A stretch of DNA of 64,000 bases from an uncultured Gammaproteobacteria bacterium (GTDB lineage: Bacteria; Patescibacteriota; Patescibacteriia; UBA1558; GWA2-36-10). This document shows positions 1 through 9,337 of the stretch, piece by piece (positions within the stretch are counted from its first letter, which is position 1; every line of letters begins with the position of its first letter). A program made the translations under genes and the position numbers. Location of the stretch: the NCBI GenBank assembly GCA_964638415.1, contig CAZWYP010000002.1:97997-161996 (forward strand), written 5' to 3'. The notes below the pieces were generated by a model that did not search any database, had not been told where the DNA came from, and was given only the letters and a program-made list of their open reading frames with translations.

Positions 1-705
1 ATTATTATTGTAATCATTGTTATTTTAGCCGGTTGGTGGTTCGGTAAGGATTATATTTTCCCCGAAAAAGTCATTCCGGTTAGTAATGAACAAATTGAAG
101 ATCAGCAGAATAATAATCAGGTTAATAGTCAACAGAGCGTTTTTACTTTCGTAAATGGTTTATCAGAAGAAGATCAAGCCAAGGTGCGCAACTCTGAAGA
201 ATTTACTCTAATGTTGAAGACACAGCAAGTTTGTAGCCGTTTGTCAGAAGAGGATAAAAATGATTGTTTAGCAGATTTGCAAATCCAGCAGTTGATGGTA
301 GTTAATCGTTTAGATCTTTGCCCCCAGACAATAGCGGAAGATAGCTGTTATTACTATCTAGCGGTTAATAATTCTAACAGTCAAGGCTGCAATCAGATAG
401 CTGACCAGAGTTTAAAGAGTGACTGTTTAAATTCCGTATATCAGTCGCAAGCCAGCAGTCAGAAGAATATTAACAGCTGTGCCAGTATCAGTGATGAGTC
501 TTTAAAGGACAACTGCTATCAAAATATTTTCTACCAGCAGACTGATTTAGCTTTTTGTGACGAACAGGCAGTGGTTAATAATAATTTAAAAAATAAATGC
601 CAAAGCTTGATTTTATTTAATCAGGCAGTGAGACAGGGAGATTCAGCTATTTGTCAGCAAATCCCCCTGGATGAATATAAACAAAGTTGTTTGGCAGAGT
701 TATAA
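1..705 (+). CDS. 5'-truncated membrane-anchored Cys-rich repeat protein. A TM helix (IIIVIIVILAGWWF) is followed by roughly six ~23-aa units, each with two Cys (D/K-x-x-C ... C pattern).
   Basis: The frame is open from nt 1. The ORF track shows 184..705, but the same frame continues upstream without a stop. A hydrophobic helix is followed by Cys-paired repeats. No recognisable family. Confidence 0.45.
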   Translation: MIIVIIVILAGWWFGKDYIFPEKVIPVSNEQIEDQQNNNQVNSQQSVFTFVNGLSEEDQAKVRNSEEFTLMLKTQQVCSRLSEEDKNDCLADLQIQQLMVVNRLDLCPQTIAEDSCYYYLAVNNSNSQGCNQIADQSLKSDCLNSVYQSQASSQKNINSCASISDESLKDNCYQNIFYQQTDLAFCDEQAVVNNNLKNKCQSLILFNQAVRQGDSAICQQIPLDEYKQSCLAEL

Positions 706-720
706 TTAATTTTAAAAGCT

Positions 721-1536
721 ATGTTTGATGATCTAAAAAAAGATCAACAATTGAATAATACAGGACAAAATTCTTTTGGCAGCGATGCTAACAATGTTGC
801 ATCAGCACCAAAGAAATCTTTAGATGATATGTTTGGAGATGTTGACCCAGTGGCAGAAGCAGCGCCCAAACCCGCAGCGCCATTAATGGATAAACCCAGT
901 GCTGTGCAAACCGGAAAATTGCGGCCGGTCAGTGAGCAGAGCTATGGATCAATGGCAACTACGCCGGTTAATCAGTTGGCGGCTTCCCAGATGCTGATGG
1001 AAGAAGAACATGGACATGGCTCATTGCTTAAAAAATTATTAGTGGCTTTAGTTGGTTTGGTTTTAGTTGGTGTGGCAGCTACGATTACTTATTATTTGAT
1101 TATTAAAGATAAGCCGGAAGATAATCAGAATAATAATACGCCGGTAGTAGAAGAACAGCCGAAGCAAAACAATAATCAAAATAATAATGTTGTTACACCA
1201 CCAGAAAACAATAATCCCAGCATAGAAGACGACGATGCTGATGGCTTATCTAATGCTGATGAATTAATTTTTGGCACTAATCCCAATAAAGCAGATAGCG
1301 ATGAAGATGGTTTGTATGATCGGGAAGAAATCAAGACTTATAATACTGATCCTTTAGAGGCAGATTCAGATAATGACGGTTTAAATGACTGGGAAGAAAA
1401 ATTTAAATGGAATACTGATCCTTTAGATTCTGATTCCGACAATGATACTTACTTTGACGGAGTTGAGACTTCGCGAGGCTATAATCCTAATGGTCCAGGA
1501 TTATTACCAGAAGCAATTAATACGCCACAACCTTAA
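721..1536 (+). CDS. Single-pass membrane protein with an N/Q-rich linker and four thrombospondin-type-3-like Ca-binding repeats (D-x-D-x-D-G-x-x-D).
   Basis: TM helix LLKKLLVALVGLVLVGVAATITYYLII. Repeats DDDADGLSNADE, DSDEDGLYDREE, DSDNDGLNDWEE and DSDSDNDTYFDG. Confidence 0.55.
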   Translation: MFDDLKKDQQLNNTGQNSFGSDANNVASAPKKSLDDMFGDVDPVAEAAPKPAAPLMDKPSAVQTGKLRPVSEQSYGSMATTPVNQLAASQMLMEEEHGHGSLLKKLLVALVGLVLVGVAATITYYLIIKDKPEDNQNNNTPVVEEQPKQNNNQNNNVVTPPENNNPSIEDDDADGLSNADELIFGTNPNKADSDEDGLYDREEIKTYNTDPLEADSDNDGLNDWEEKFKWNTDPLDSDSDNDTYFDGVETSRGYNPNGPGLLPEAINTPQP

Positions 1537-1548
1537 GTTAAATAAATT

Positions 1549-2862
1549 ATGACTGACAATATCAGAGAACAAAATAATAATGCAGAGAAGCTGGAAAAAG
1601 AATCCCAGCAAGTTTCTAATGAGATTAATACCATAGTTAATCAGGAAATCGGTAAAAATAAAGAAAAGGAAGCTATTACCATAGATGCTGACAGTATACA
1701 TGTCATGCCTAAGAGATTTTTGCCGCAGTCTCCCAAGAAAAAACTGAGTAATAAGCAGAAATTCGTTTTAGCAATCATTGGCTTTGTTTTATTTCTAATT
1801 ATGGTAGTAGGGGTGATGTTGTGGTTTGCTGATAGGAGCATTAAGCAGTTGCCAAGTGAGCAGAATAATAGTAATAATCAACAGAATAGTAATCAGCAAG
1901 CTCAGCAGTTGACTCACGATGAGCAGATTATTAAAGACTTGGAAGAAATTAACAGCGCTTTAAGGAGATATTATACTGAATTTAAAGTGTATCCCAGCTC
2001 TTTATCAGTTTTGTCCGATTATTTTGATAATGGCGTGCCACGGGGACCCGACGGCTTAAATTATGATTATGAATTAACTGAACTTGGTAATAATTTTATT
2101 ATTTTGATTGATTTTGATGGTTCTGATCAAAAAAATCGAGTAGGCAAGTATCAATACACTAAGAATGGCTTAACTTATTATAATCCTGATCAGCCTCAAA
2201 ATAACAATCAGGTAATCACTCCACCACCGCCACCACCCAGTAATAACGCTACTTCCACCCCTATTACTCCACCACCGCCACCACCGACTGTAGCCAATCT
2301 CGATGTAGATGCTGATCAATTAACTGCTGATGAGGAAAATATTTATAATACTGATCCTAATGATGAAGATTCTGATAATGATGGTTTTAAGGACGGGGTA
2401 GAAATTACTAACTTGTACAATCCTTCTTCAACTTCTGGGCAATTATTAGATTCCGGTTTAGTCTCTATTTATAATAGTGCTGGTTACAGTTATAGCGTAT
2501 TTTATCCGACTTCTTGGGTAGTGGAAGCTATTGATGAAGAAGATAAACAAATAGTCTTCTTATCCGATACAGAAACTGGAGAATTTATTAGCGTTCAGAT
2601 TTTTACCAATGATTTTGCTTTGACTATGTCAGATTGGCGGGATAGGGTGGGCGTAGATAGCCAGTGGGTAGGATACACCTTAGGTAAAAAACAAAAATTG
2701 ACAGCTTACAAAACCACAGATGGTAATCATGTCTTATTTGTCAAAGATGGCAGCGGCAGCAGCGCTTATTTAATCTCTCACAATATTGAACAAGGAGAGC
2801 AAAAGCATTTTAATATTACTTTTGAAATGATGTTAAGCAGTTTTGAAATAACTAATGATTAG
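1549..2862 (+). CDS. Membrane-anchored protein with a pseudopilin/GspG-like domain, poly-Pro linkers, a TSP3-like repeat and a C-terminal globular domain.
   Basis: TM helix FVLAIIGFVLFLIMVVGVMLWFA. Segment IIKDLEEINSALRRYYTEFKVYPSSLSVL...PRGPDGLNYDYEL resembles type II secretion/type IV pseudopilin cores. There is no G/FTLIE prepilin cleavage site. PPPPPPS motif occurs twice. DEDSDNDGFKDG repeat. Confidence 0.5.
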   Translation: MTDNIREQNNNAEKLEKESQQVSNEINTIVNQEIGKNKEKEAITIDADSIHVMPKRFLPQSPKKKLSNKQKFVLAIIGFVLFLIMVVGVMLWFADRSIKQLPSEQNNSNNQQNSNQQAQQLTHDEQIIKDLEEINSALRRYYTEFKVYPSSLSVLSDYFDNGVPRGPDGLNYDYELTELGNNFIILIDFDGSDQKNRVGKYQYTKNGLTYYNPDQPQNNNQVITPPPPPPSNNATSTPITPPPPPPTVANLDVDADQLTADEENIYNTDPNDEDSDNDGFKDGVEITNLYNPSSTSGQLLDSGLVSIYNSAGYSYSVFYPTSWVVEAIDEEDKQIVFLSDTETGEFISVQIFTNDFALTMSDWRDRVGVDSQWVGYTLGKKQKLTAYKTTDGNHVLFVKDGSGSSAYLISHNIEQGEQKHFNITFEMMLSSFEITND

Positions 2863-3277
2863 GCAGCAATTTGAACTATTAATCAATAAGCGTAGCTTAT
2901 CTGCAGATTTTTCCTGGCTACCTGAATTAGCCAAAATAATTAATCGTAAATTTTCTTTGCAAAAAGAAATATCAGTAGCGTTGGCTTCAGAGGGGGAGAT
3001 TAAGAAACTAAACAAGATTTACCGTCATAAGAATAAAGTTACCGATGTTCTGTCTTTTATTATATCTTCACCGCAAATTTTAGGAGAAGTGATAATTTGT
3101 CTTTCGCAAGCTAAGCGTCAGGCAAAAGCCGCCGGCCATAGCTTGCGCCGAGAATTGCAGGTCTTGACCATTCACGGCATTTTGCACTTATTGGGGTATG
3201 ATCATGAGCGCAGTAAAGCAGAAGCCAAGCGGCAGGAAAAGTTGGAAAAAATAATATTAGCACAACTTAACAAATGA
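2855..3277 (+). CDS. ybeY: Endoribonuclease YbeY (rRNA maturation factor).
   Basis: H-x3-H-x5-H zinc motif HGILHLLGYDHE. Size about 140 aa. Confidence 0.85.
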   Translation: MIRQQFELLINKRSLSADFSWLPELAKIINRKFSLQKEISVALASEGEIKKLNKIYRHKNKVTDVLSFIISSPQILGEVIICLSQAKRQAKAAGHSLRRELQVLTIHGILHLLGYDHERSKAEAKRQEKLEKIILAQLNK

Positions 3278-3615
3278 GGCGTTGGTATAAGAGTTTTCAT
3301 CATGCAGTATTAGGCTTGAAAACGGTTTTTAAAACAGAAAAGAGTTTTAGATTCCATGTTTTAATTGCTGTTGCTGTTTTAATTGCTGCGGGGCTTTTTA
3401 AACTGGATGAGTTGCGTTTAATTATTATTTTTTTAACAATTGCTTTAGTTTTAGCCCTGGAGATAGTAAATTCAGCAGTAGAAAGACTAGTGGATATGTT
3501 GGCCCCGAAGACGCATTCCTTTGCCAAAGAAGTTAAGGATTTAATGGCAGCGGTGGTATTGGTTGCATCTATTTTCGCTCTCTTGATAGGATTGTTGATT
3601 TTTGTCATAAGATAG
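3274..3615 (+). CDS. dgkA: Diacylglycerol/undecaprenol kinase DgkA family (short form).
   Basis: LEIVNSAVERLVD motif. Three TM helices. Operonic with ybeY. Confidence 0.8.
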   Translation: MRRWYKSFHHAVLGLKTVFKTEKSFRFHVLIAVAVLIAAGLFKLDELRLIIIFLTIALVLALEIVNSAVERLVDMLAPKTHSFAKEVKDLMAAVVLVASIFALLIGLLIFVIR

Positions 3616-3702
3616 GTAATTTTATTTGGCAAATGATGGAATTTTAGCTATAATTAGTTTATAAAATTTATCAATTTTATTTTTTACACTTTTTTGTGAT
3701 TT

Positions 3703-4947
3703 ATGGCTAGTAATAAGGAAATAATTACTGGTTTAGACGTTGGTAGCAGCGCTATCCGCATTGTCATGGGCCAAAGATTGGCAAACGGCTCCCTGCAGAT
3801 AATTGGAGCAGCGGATACTCAGGCTGAAGGCGTCAGCAAAGGCAGTATTACTTCCATTGAGGAAGCGGTTTCTTGTATTTCAGAGACTGTGGAGAAGTGT
3901 GAAAGAATGACCGGTTTTACTATTGATAAAATGATTGTAGGCATTTCCGGTACGCATATTAAGACTTTAAATAGCCGGGGAGTAGTGGCAGTTGCTAAAG
4001 CCAATGAGCAGGTGCAAGAAACTGATATTGATCGAGCTTTGGAGGCTGCCCAAGCCATTGCTACGCCGCCTAATTATGAGATTTTACACGTATTACCAAC
4101 CAATTACCATTTGGATGATCAGAAAAACCTTAAGGATCCAGTAGGTATGTCCGGGGTGCGCTTGGAAGTTGAGACCCAGATTATTATGGGTTTGTCTTCC
4201 CAGATAAAAAATTTAACCAAGTGTATTTATCGTACTGGTATTGATATTGAAGATTTGGCTTTTTCCATTTTAGCTACTGCTGAAGCGGTTCTGACTAAAA
4301 AACAAAGAGATTTAGGCGTAGCGGTAGTTAATATTGGAGAAGCCACCACTTCTTTGGCGGTTTTTGAGGAAGGAGATATTTTACATACTGCTGTTTTACC
4401 AATTGGTGCTGGGCATGTTACTAATGATTTAGCTATTGGTTTACGCACTTCGGTGGAAACAGCGGAAATGGTAAAACTGGATCAAGCCCAAGCATTATCT
4501 GAGCCGATTTCTAAGCGTGATGAAGTGGATTTGAATAAATATTCCGATGAAGAGAAAAAAGGCACCTTTGTTTACAAAAAAGACATCGCTTCTATTGCCG
4601 AGGCTAGAATGGAAGAGATTTTTAGTTTAGTCAATAAAGAGTTGAAAACAATCGGCAGAGATGGTAAATTACCAGCAGGTTTGGTGCTTACCGGCGGCGG
4701 CGCTAAGCTACCCTTGGTGGTAGATTTAGCTAAAGAGGTTTTTAAACTTCCGGTTTTTCTAGGTTTACCCACAGAACGTAATTTTCCCATTGATAAGCTT
4801 AATGACCCTCAATTTACCACAGCTTTAGGGCTGGTAATTTGGGCGGAGCGCAATCTTAGTTCCCATCAGAATTTTTTATCTAACTTTTCTTCAATAAAAA
4901 ACACCACCAACAAAATGGTAGGCTGGTTTAAATCTTTATTACCTTAA
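3703..4947 (+). CDS. ftsA: Cell division protein FtsA.
   Basis: Actin-like ATPase motifs (GLDVGSS...). Located directly upstream of ftsZ. Confidence 0.9.
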   Translation: MASNKEIITGLDVGSSAIRIVMGQRLANGSLQIIGAADTQAEGVSKGSITSIEEAVSCISETVEKCERMTGFTIDKMIVGISGTHIKTLNSRGVVAVAKANEQVQETDIDRALEAAQAIATPPNYEILHVLPTNYHLDDQKNLKDPVGMSGVRLEVETQIIMGLSSQIKNLTKCIYRTGIDIEDLAFSILATAEAVLTKKQRDLGVAVVNIGEATTSLAVFEEGDILHTAVLPIGAGHVTNDLAIGLRTSVETAEMVKLDQAQALSEPISKRDEVDLNKYSDEEKKGTFVYKKDIASIAEARMEEIFSLVNKELKTIGRDGKLPAGLVLTGGGAKLPLVVDLAKEVFKLPVFLGLPTERNFPIDKLNDPQFTTALGLVIWAERNLSSHQNFLSNFSSIKNTTNKMVGWFKSLLP

Positions 4948-4952
4948 ATAAC

Positions 4953-6128
4953 ATGTCCAAGAAAAACATTCAAGAAGTATCACCATCAGTGGAGACTTTT
5001 GCTAACATCAAAGTAGTAGGAGTCGGCGGTTCCGGCGGTTCAGCAATTAATCGAATGGTTAATTCCAATATTAGAGGAGTGGAATTTATTGCTGTTAATA
5101 CCGATGCCCAGGCCTTACATCATTCTGTTTCTCCTAATAAGATTCACATTGGCCGCAATACTACTAAGGGCTTAGGAGCGGGCATGGATCCTGATTTGGG
5201 ATCAAAATCAGCGGAAGAAAATGAAGCGGATATTGTTGGTACTTTGACTGGTGCCGATATGGTTTTTATTACCTGCGGCTTGGGCGGCGGTACTGGCACG
5301 GGAGCCGCGCCGATTATTGCCGATATTGCCAGAGAAGTGGGCGCTTTAACCGTAGCGGTAGTGACTAAGCCTTTTACTTTTGAAGGCGTGCAGCGACGGG
5401 AAATTGCCGAGCGCGGTTTAGATCGCTTAATAGATAAAGTAGATACCATTATTACTATACCCAATGACCGCTTGTTGCAAATTATTGATAAAAAAACATC
5501 TTTATTAGAAGCATTTTCCATTGTTGATGAAGTTTTAAAACAGGGTGTGCAGGGAATTTCCGAATTAATTACCGTGCCAGGTTTGGTGAATGTTGACTTT
5601 GCCGATGTTAAGGCAATTATGAAACAAGCGGGTTCCGCTTTGATGGGTATTGGTAAAGCCACTGGTGAAAACAGAGCGCAGGAGGCTGCTAAAGCCGCAA
5701 TTGACAGCCCCTTATTAGAGTTATCAATTAATGGTGCAACTGGAGTTTTGTTCACCATTGCCGGCAGTTCTGATTTGTCCATGTTTGAAGTTAATGAAGC
5801 AGCAGAGGTAATTACTGCTGCTTGTGATCCAGAGGCTAAAGTTATTTTTGGCGCCGTGATTGACGAAAGTTTAGGCGACGAAGTAAAGGTGACGGTTATT
5901 GCTACTGGTTTCCGTGAACATAATGAACGTCAGCCAGAAAGAGCGCCAGTACAACCAAATATTTCTTACCAGGAAACTTTTGCTAAAAAAGCAGAAGAGC
6001 GCACTATTAAAAAGGCTTTTAATAAGGAGAGGGAAGAAGTAGAAGAGGTGGAAGAATTACCAAAAACCAAGGAAGAAGAAGAATTAGATATTCCTGCTTT
6101 CTTGCGTAAAAAGCTAAAGAATCATTAA
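4953..6128 (+). CDS. ftsZ: Cell division GTPase FtsZ.
   Basis: Tubulin signature [23 protein letters not shown]. Confidence 0.95.
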   Translation: MSKKNIQEVSPSVETFANIKVVGVGGSGGSAINRMVNSNIRGVEFIAVNTDAQALHHSVSPNKIHIGRNTTKGLGAGMDPDLGSKSAEENEADIVGTLTGADMVFITCGLGGGTGTGAAPIIADIAREVGALTVAVVTKPFTFEGVQRREIAERGLDRLIDKVDTIITIPNDRLLQIIDKKTSLLEAFSIVDEVLKQGVQGISELITVPGLVNVDFADVKAIMKQAGSALMGIGKATGENRAQEAAKAAIDSPLLELSINGATGVLFTIAGSSDLSMFEVNEAAEVITAACDPEAKVIFGAVIDESLGDEVKVTVIATGFREHNERQPERAPVQPNISYQETFAKKAEERTIKKAFNKEREEVEEVEELPKTKEEEELDIPAFLRKKLKNH

Positions 6129-6590
6129 ATGTATTGCCCATTTTGCAACAATAAGGAAACTAAAGTGATTGACTCTCGTCTTAGCGGCGAGGGTTTTAGC
6201 ATTAGGCGCCGTCGGGAATGTCTGAAATGCGAACAGAGGTTTTCTACTTTGGAAGAAGTAGAAATTCTTGATTTGATAGTCATTAAACGAGATGGCCGTC
6301 GAGAAAATTACAGCCGGGAAAAGCTGATGCGTGGTTTGCGCACTGCTTTGGAAAAAAGACCTTATTTGGAGGAAAATTTTCAGCGTCTATTGAGGGAGAT
6401 TGAAAGGGATATCCAAAAAAAAGCCAATCAGGAAATTACTTCCAAAGATTTAGGTGATATTGTCATGAAAAGATTAAAGAGTTTTGATCAGGTTGCTTAT
6501 ATTCGTTATGCTTCAGTCTATAGATCTTTTAAGGATGTTAATACTTTTCAGGCGGAGGTTAACCGCTTGATTAGGCAAAAGAATAAGTAA
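6129..6590 (+). CDS. nrdR: Transcriptional repressor NrdR (zinc ribbon plus ATP-cone).
   Basis: MYCPFCNNKETKVIDSR...CLKCEQRF N-terminal zinc ribbon. Size about 153 aa. Confidence 0.9.
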   Translation: MYCPFCNNKETKVIDSRLSGEGFSIRRRRECLKCEQRFSTLEEVEILDLIVIKRDGRRENYSREKLMRGLRTALEKRPYLEENFQRLLREIERDIQKKANQEITSKDLGDIVMKRLKSFDQVAYIRYASVYRSFKDVNTFQAEVNRLIRQKNK

Positions 6591-6604
6591 TTTTTATTAA
6601 TCTT

Positions 6605-6988
6605 ATGACTCCGGAAGAACTGGAAAAAATAGTTAAAGCGAATCAATTATCTTTAGCTAGAATTGAAGAGCAATTGGATAAAATTACCCGTAAGCTTTTA
6701 TGGAATAGAGTAGCGGGAATTTTAAAAATTATTTTAATTTTAGCACCTATTATCTTAGCTTATCTTTATCTGACTCCTTTATTGAGAAATACTTTAGGAG
6801 GATCCTGGGATACTTTATTTTCCGGTTTAAAAATTTATTCTACGAATCTAGATGATCTAGTAGCAGAACCTAGCAGCAGCACATCGCAAGATGCGGAAAA
6901 AACCAAAATTGATGCGGCTAATAGCCTGTTAAAAAACATTTGTGACCCAAACTTACGGGAAGTTTATGTAAGAAATTTATGTAAGTGA
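6605..6988 (+). CDS. Hypothetical small membrane protein.
   Basis: ORF with one or two hydrophobic helices. No family recognised. Confidence 0.4.
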   Translation: MTPEELEKIVKANQLSLARIEEQLDKITRKLLWNRVAGILKIILILAPIILAYLYLTPLLRNTLGGSWDTLFSGLKIYSTNLDDLVAEPSSSTSQDAEKTKIDAANSLLKNICDPNLREVYVRNLCK

Positions 6989-7010
6989 GCGTATAATAGT
7001 TAATAATGAT

Positions 7011-8198
7011 ATGAAGAAGACATTAGCTATTATTTTAGTGAGCACTTTTTTAGGCGGTTTATTCGGCTCTTATTTAACCATAAATTTTTTAGATAAATTA
7101 CCCTGGTCTCAAGGTAATAATTTGCAAAGCATTATTAAAGAGGAAGTTGTGCAGCTCACAGAAGAGTCGGCCGTTATTGAAGTAGTTAAAAAAGCTAGTC
7201 CTTCAGTGGTTTCTATTGTGATTAAGAAAAATGTTGCCAATAATTACAATTATCTTAGTCCTTTTGATTGGTTTTTTGGTACTCCTCAGGGTGTTCCGGA
7301 ACAAAATGATGAGCCAGATTACCAAAAAGTTGGTGGTGGCTCTGGCTTTATTATTTCTGCTGACGGACTTATTTTAACAAATAAACACGTAATTAATGAT
7401 GATTCGGCTCAATATTCGGTTGTTTTAAACGACGGCAAAGAGTATGATGCTGAGGTCATTGGCACGGACATATTTAATGATATTGGAGTTTTGAAGATTG
7501 AAGCTAAGGATTTGCCGGTCATAGAATTAGGCGACTCTGATAATTTAGTGATTGGCCAGCAGGTTGTAGCCATCGGCAATGCTTTAGCTGAATTTAGCAA
7601 TACCGTTACTTCTGGCGTAGTTTCCGGCATTGGGCGCAGTATTGTAGCCAGCAGTAATTTTGGCCAAGCGGAAAAATTAGAAGACGTGATTCAAACTGAT
7701 GCAGCGATTAACCCCGGTAATTCTGGCGGGCCTTTATTGAATTTATCCGGTCAGGTGATTGGTATCAACACCGCTATTTCCCAGCAAGGGCAGTTGATTG
7801 GTTTTGCTATTCCTATTAATTCAGCCAAGCAGATTATTGATAGCGTCAAGGCTACCGGTGAAATTGTCAGACCATATTTAGGCGTTCGTTATTTAATGCT
7901 TAGTCAAGCGATTGCTGAACAGAATAATTTAGAAATTTCCGAAGGAGCTTTAATAGTCCGTGGCGAGGATCGTACTCAATTGGCAGTTATACCTGGTTCA
8001 CCAGCAGATAAAGCCGGTTTGCAGGAGAATGACATCATTTTGGAAATTAATGGTGAGAAATTAACCGTAGACAATCATTTAGCTGAAGTTGTTAGCAGGT
8101 TCAAGCCGAATGAAACGATTAAGTTAAAAGTTTGGTCAAAGGGGGAAGAGAAGGAAATTTCTTTAACTTTGGCTAAATACGAGAATGTAAATAATTAA
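7011..8198 (+). CDS. htrA: HtrA/DegP-family serine protease with a C-terminal PDZ domain.
   Basis: TNKHVI (His), DIGVLKI (Asp) and GNSGGPLLN (Ser) triad motifs. A PDZ segment follows. Confidence 0.85.
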   Translation: MKKTLAIILVSTFLGGLFGSYLTINFLDKLPWSQGNNLQSIIKEEVVQLTEESAVIEVVKKASPSVVSIVIKKNVANNYNYLSPFDWFFGTPQGVPEQNDEPDYQKVGGGSGFIISADGLILTNKHVINDDSAQYSVVLNDGKEYDAEVIGTDIFNDIGVLKIEAKDLPVIELGDSDNLVIGQQVVAIGNALAEFSNTVTSGVVSGIGRSIVASSNFGQAEKLEDVIQTDAAINPGNSGGPLLNLSGQVIGINTAISQQGQLIGFAIPINSAKQIIDSVKATGEIVRPYLGVRYLMLSQAIAEQNNLEISEGALIVRGEDRTQLAVIPGSPADKAGLQENDIILEINGEKLTVDNHLAEVVSRFKPNETIKLKVWSKGEEKEISLTLAKYENVNN

Positions 8199-8206
8199 AA
8201 TTATTA

Positions 8207-9295
8207 TTGGTGGATAATCTTAAAAAACAGCTGGATGATTTTATAGAAAAAGTGGCGATAGCCATACAAGCTTTGCGTTTAAAAGAAAAAGAAGATAAAT
8301 TGGAATTTTTAAAACAACAAATGTCTGCTGTGGATTTTTGGCAAGATCAACAGCAAGCTAAAATGCTAACTACGGAATACCATAATTTAGAGACAGTGGT
8401 TAGTAATTGGCGTCAGTTGGAAAAAAATTTAACTGACTTAGCATCATTACTTCAAGAAAAACAGGCCGAAGAATTAGTTGATGAATTGGAACAAAACTTA
8501 TTGGAATTGCAGAAGATTTACGATGAATTGAAAGGCCAGCTTTATTTGCAGGGTAAGTATGACAACTTATCTGCTATTATTACCATTAATGCCGGTGCCG
8601 GCGGAGATGACGCTCAAGATTGGGCGCAGATGCTGGAGAGAATGTATCTGCGTTTTGCGGAAAAGCAGAACTGGCCAGTAACTTATCTATCTCGTTCATC
8701 AGGAGCAGAAGCGGGTATTAAATCTGCCACTTTTAAAGTTAATGGATTGGATGCTTTTGGCTATTTACAGGCAGAAGCGGGAGTTCATCGCTTGGTTAGA
8801 CTATCTCCGTATGATGCAGATCACGCTCGCCATACTTCTTTTGCTATGGTGGAAGTTTTACCGGCTTTGCCGGAGGCCGAAGTTAAAATTGATCCGACAG
8901 AATTAAAAATTGAAACTTATCGTTCTTCTGGTCATGGCGGGCAATCGGTTAATACTACAGATTCTGCGGTTAGAATCACTCATTTACCGACTGGTTTATC
9001 AGCGAGCTGCCAAAATGAGCGCTCACAACAGCAGAATAAAAGTCAGGCTTTAAGCTATCTTTACAGCAAGTTGCAGAAATACCAGGAAAGTAATAGAGAG
9101 GAGGAGCGCCGGGCGCTTAAGGGTGAATATACTGAAGCTGCTTGGGGTAATCAGATAAGATCTTATGTTCTGCACCCCTATAAAATGGTTAAAGATCATC
9201 GTACTAATTACCAAGTTAGTGACCCGGATAAGGTTTTAGACGGGGATATTATGGAATTTATTAAGGCTCGTTGGCAGCAGCAGGTAACCCAATAA
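8207..9295 (+). CDS. prfB: Peptide chain release factor 2.
   Basis: GGQ motif (SGHGGQSVNTTDSAVRITHLPTG). SPY tripeptide at the SPF position of RF2. Continuous ORF with no +1 frameshift site. Confidence 0.9.
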   Translation: MVDNLKKQLDDFIEKVAIAIQALRLKEKEDKLEFLKQQMSAVDFWQDQQQAKMLTTEYHNLETVVSNWRQLEKNLTDLASLLQEKQAEELVDELEQNLLELQKIYDELKGQLYLQGKYDNLSAIITINAGAGGDDAQDWAQMLERMYLRFAEKQNWPVTYLSRSSGAEAGIKSATFKVNGLDAFGYLQAEAGVHRLVRLSPYDADHARHTSFAMVEVLPALPEAEVKIDPTELKIETYRSSGHGGQSVNTTDSAVRITHLPTGLSASCQNERSQQQNKSQALSYLYSKLQKYQESNREEERRALKGEYTEAAWGNQIRSYVLHPYKMVKDHRTNYQVSDPDKVLDGDIMEFIKARWQQQVTQ

Positions 9296-9337
9296 ACCTA
9301 TTTAGATGTTTTTTCATTTTTATGCTATAATATAGCT

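Noticed and set aside
1504-3015. Short minus-strand ORFs (1504-1701, 1641-1841, 2833-3015).
   Set aside because: Overlap well-supported plus-strand genes. Hydrophobic junk composition.
5144-5782. 212-aa minus-strand ORF inside ftsZ.
   Set aside because: Antisense to a confidently identified, highly conserved gene. Low-complexity Ala/Pro/Ser composition is typical of reverse-frame artefacts of GC-richer codons.
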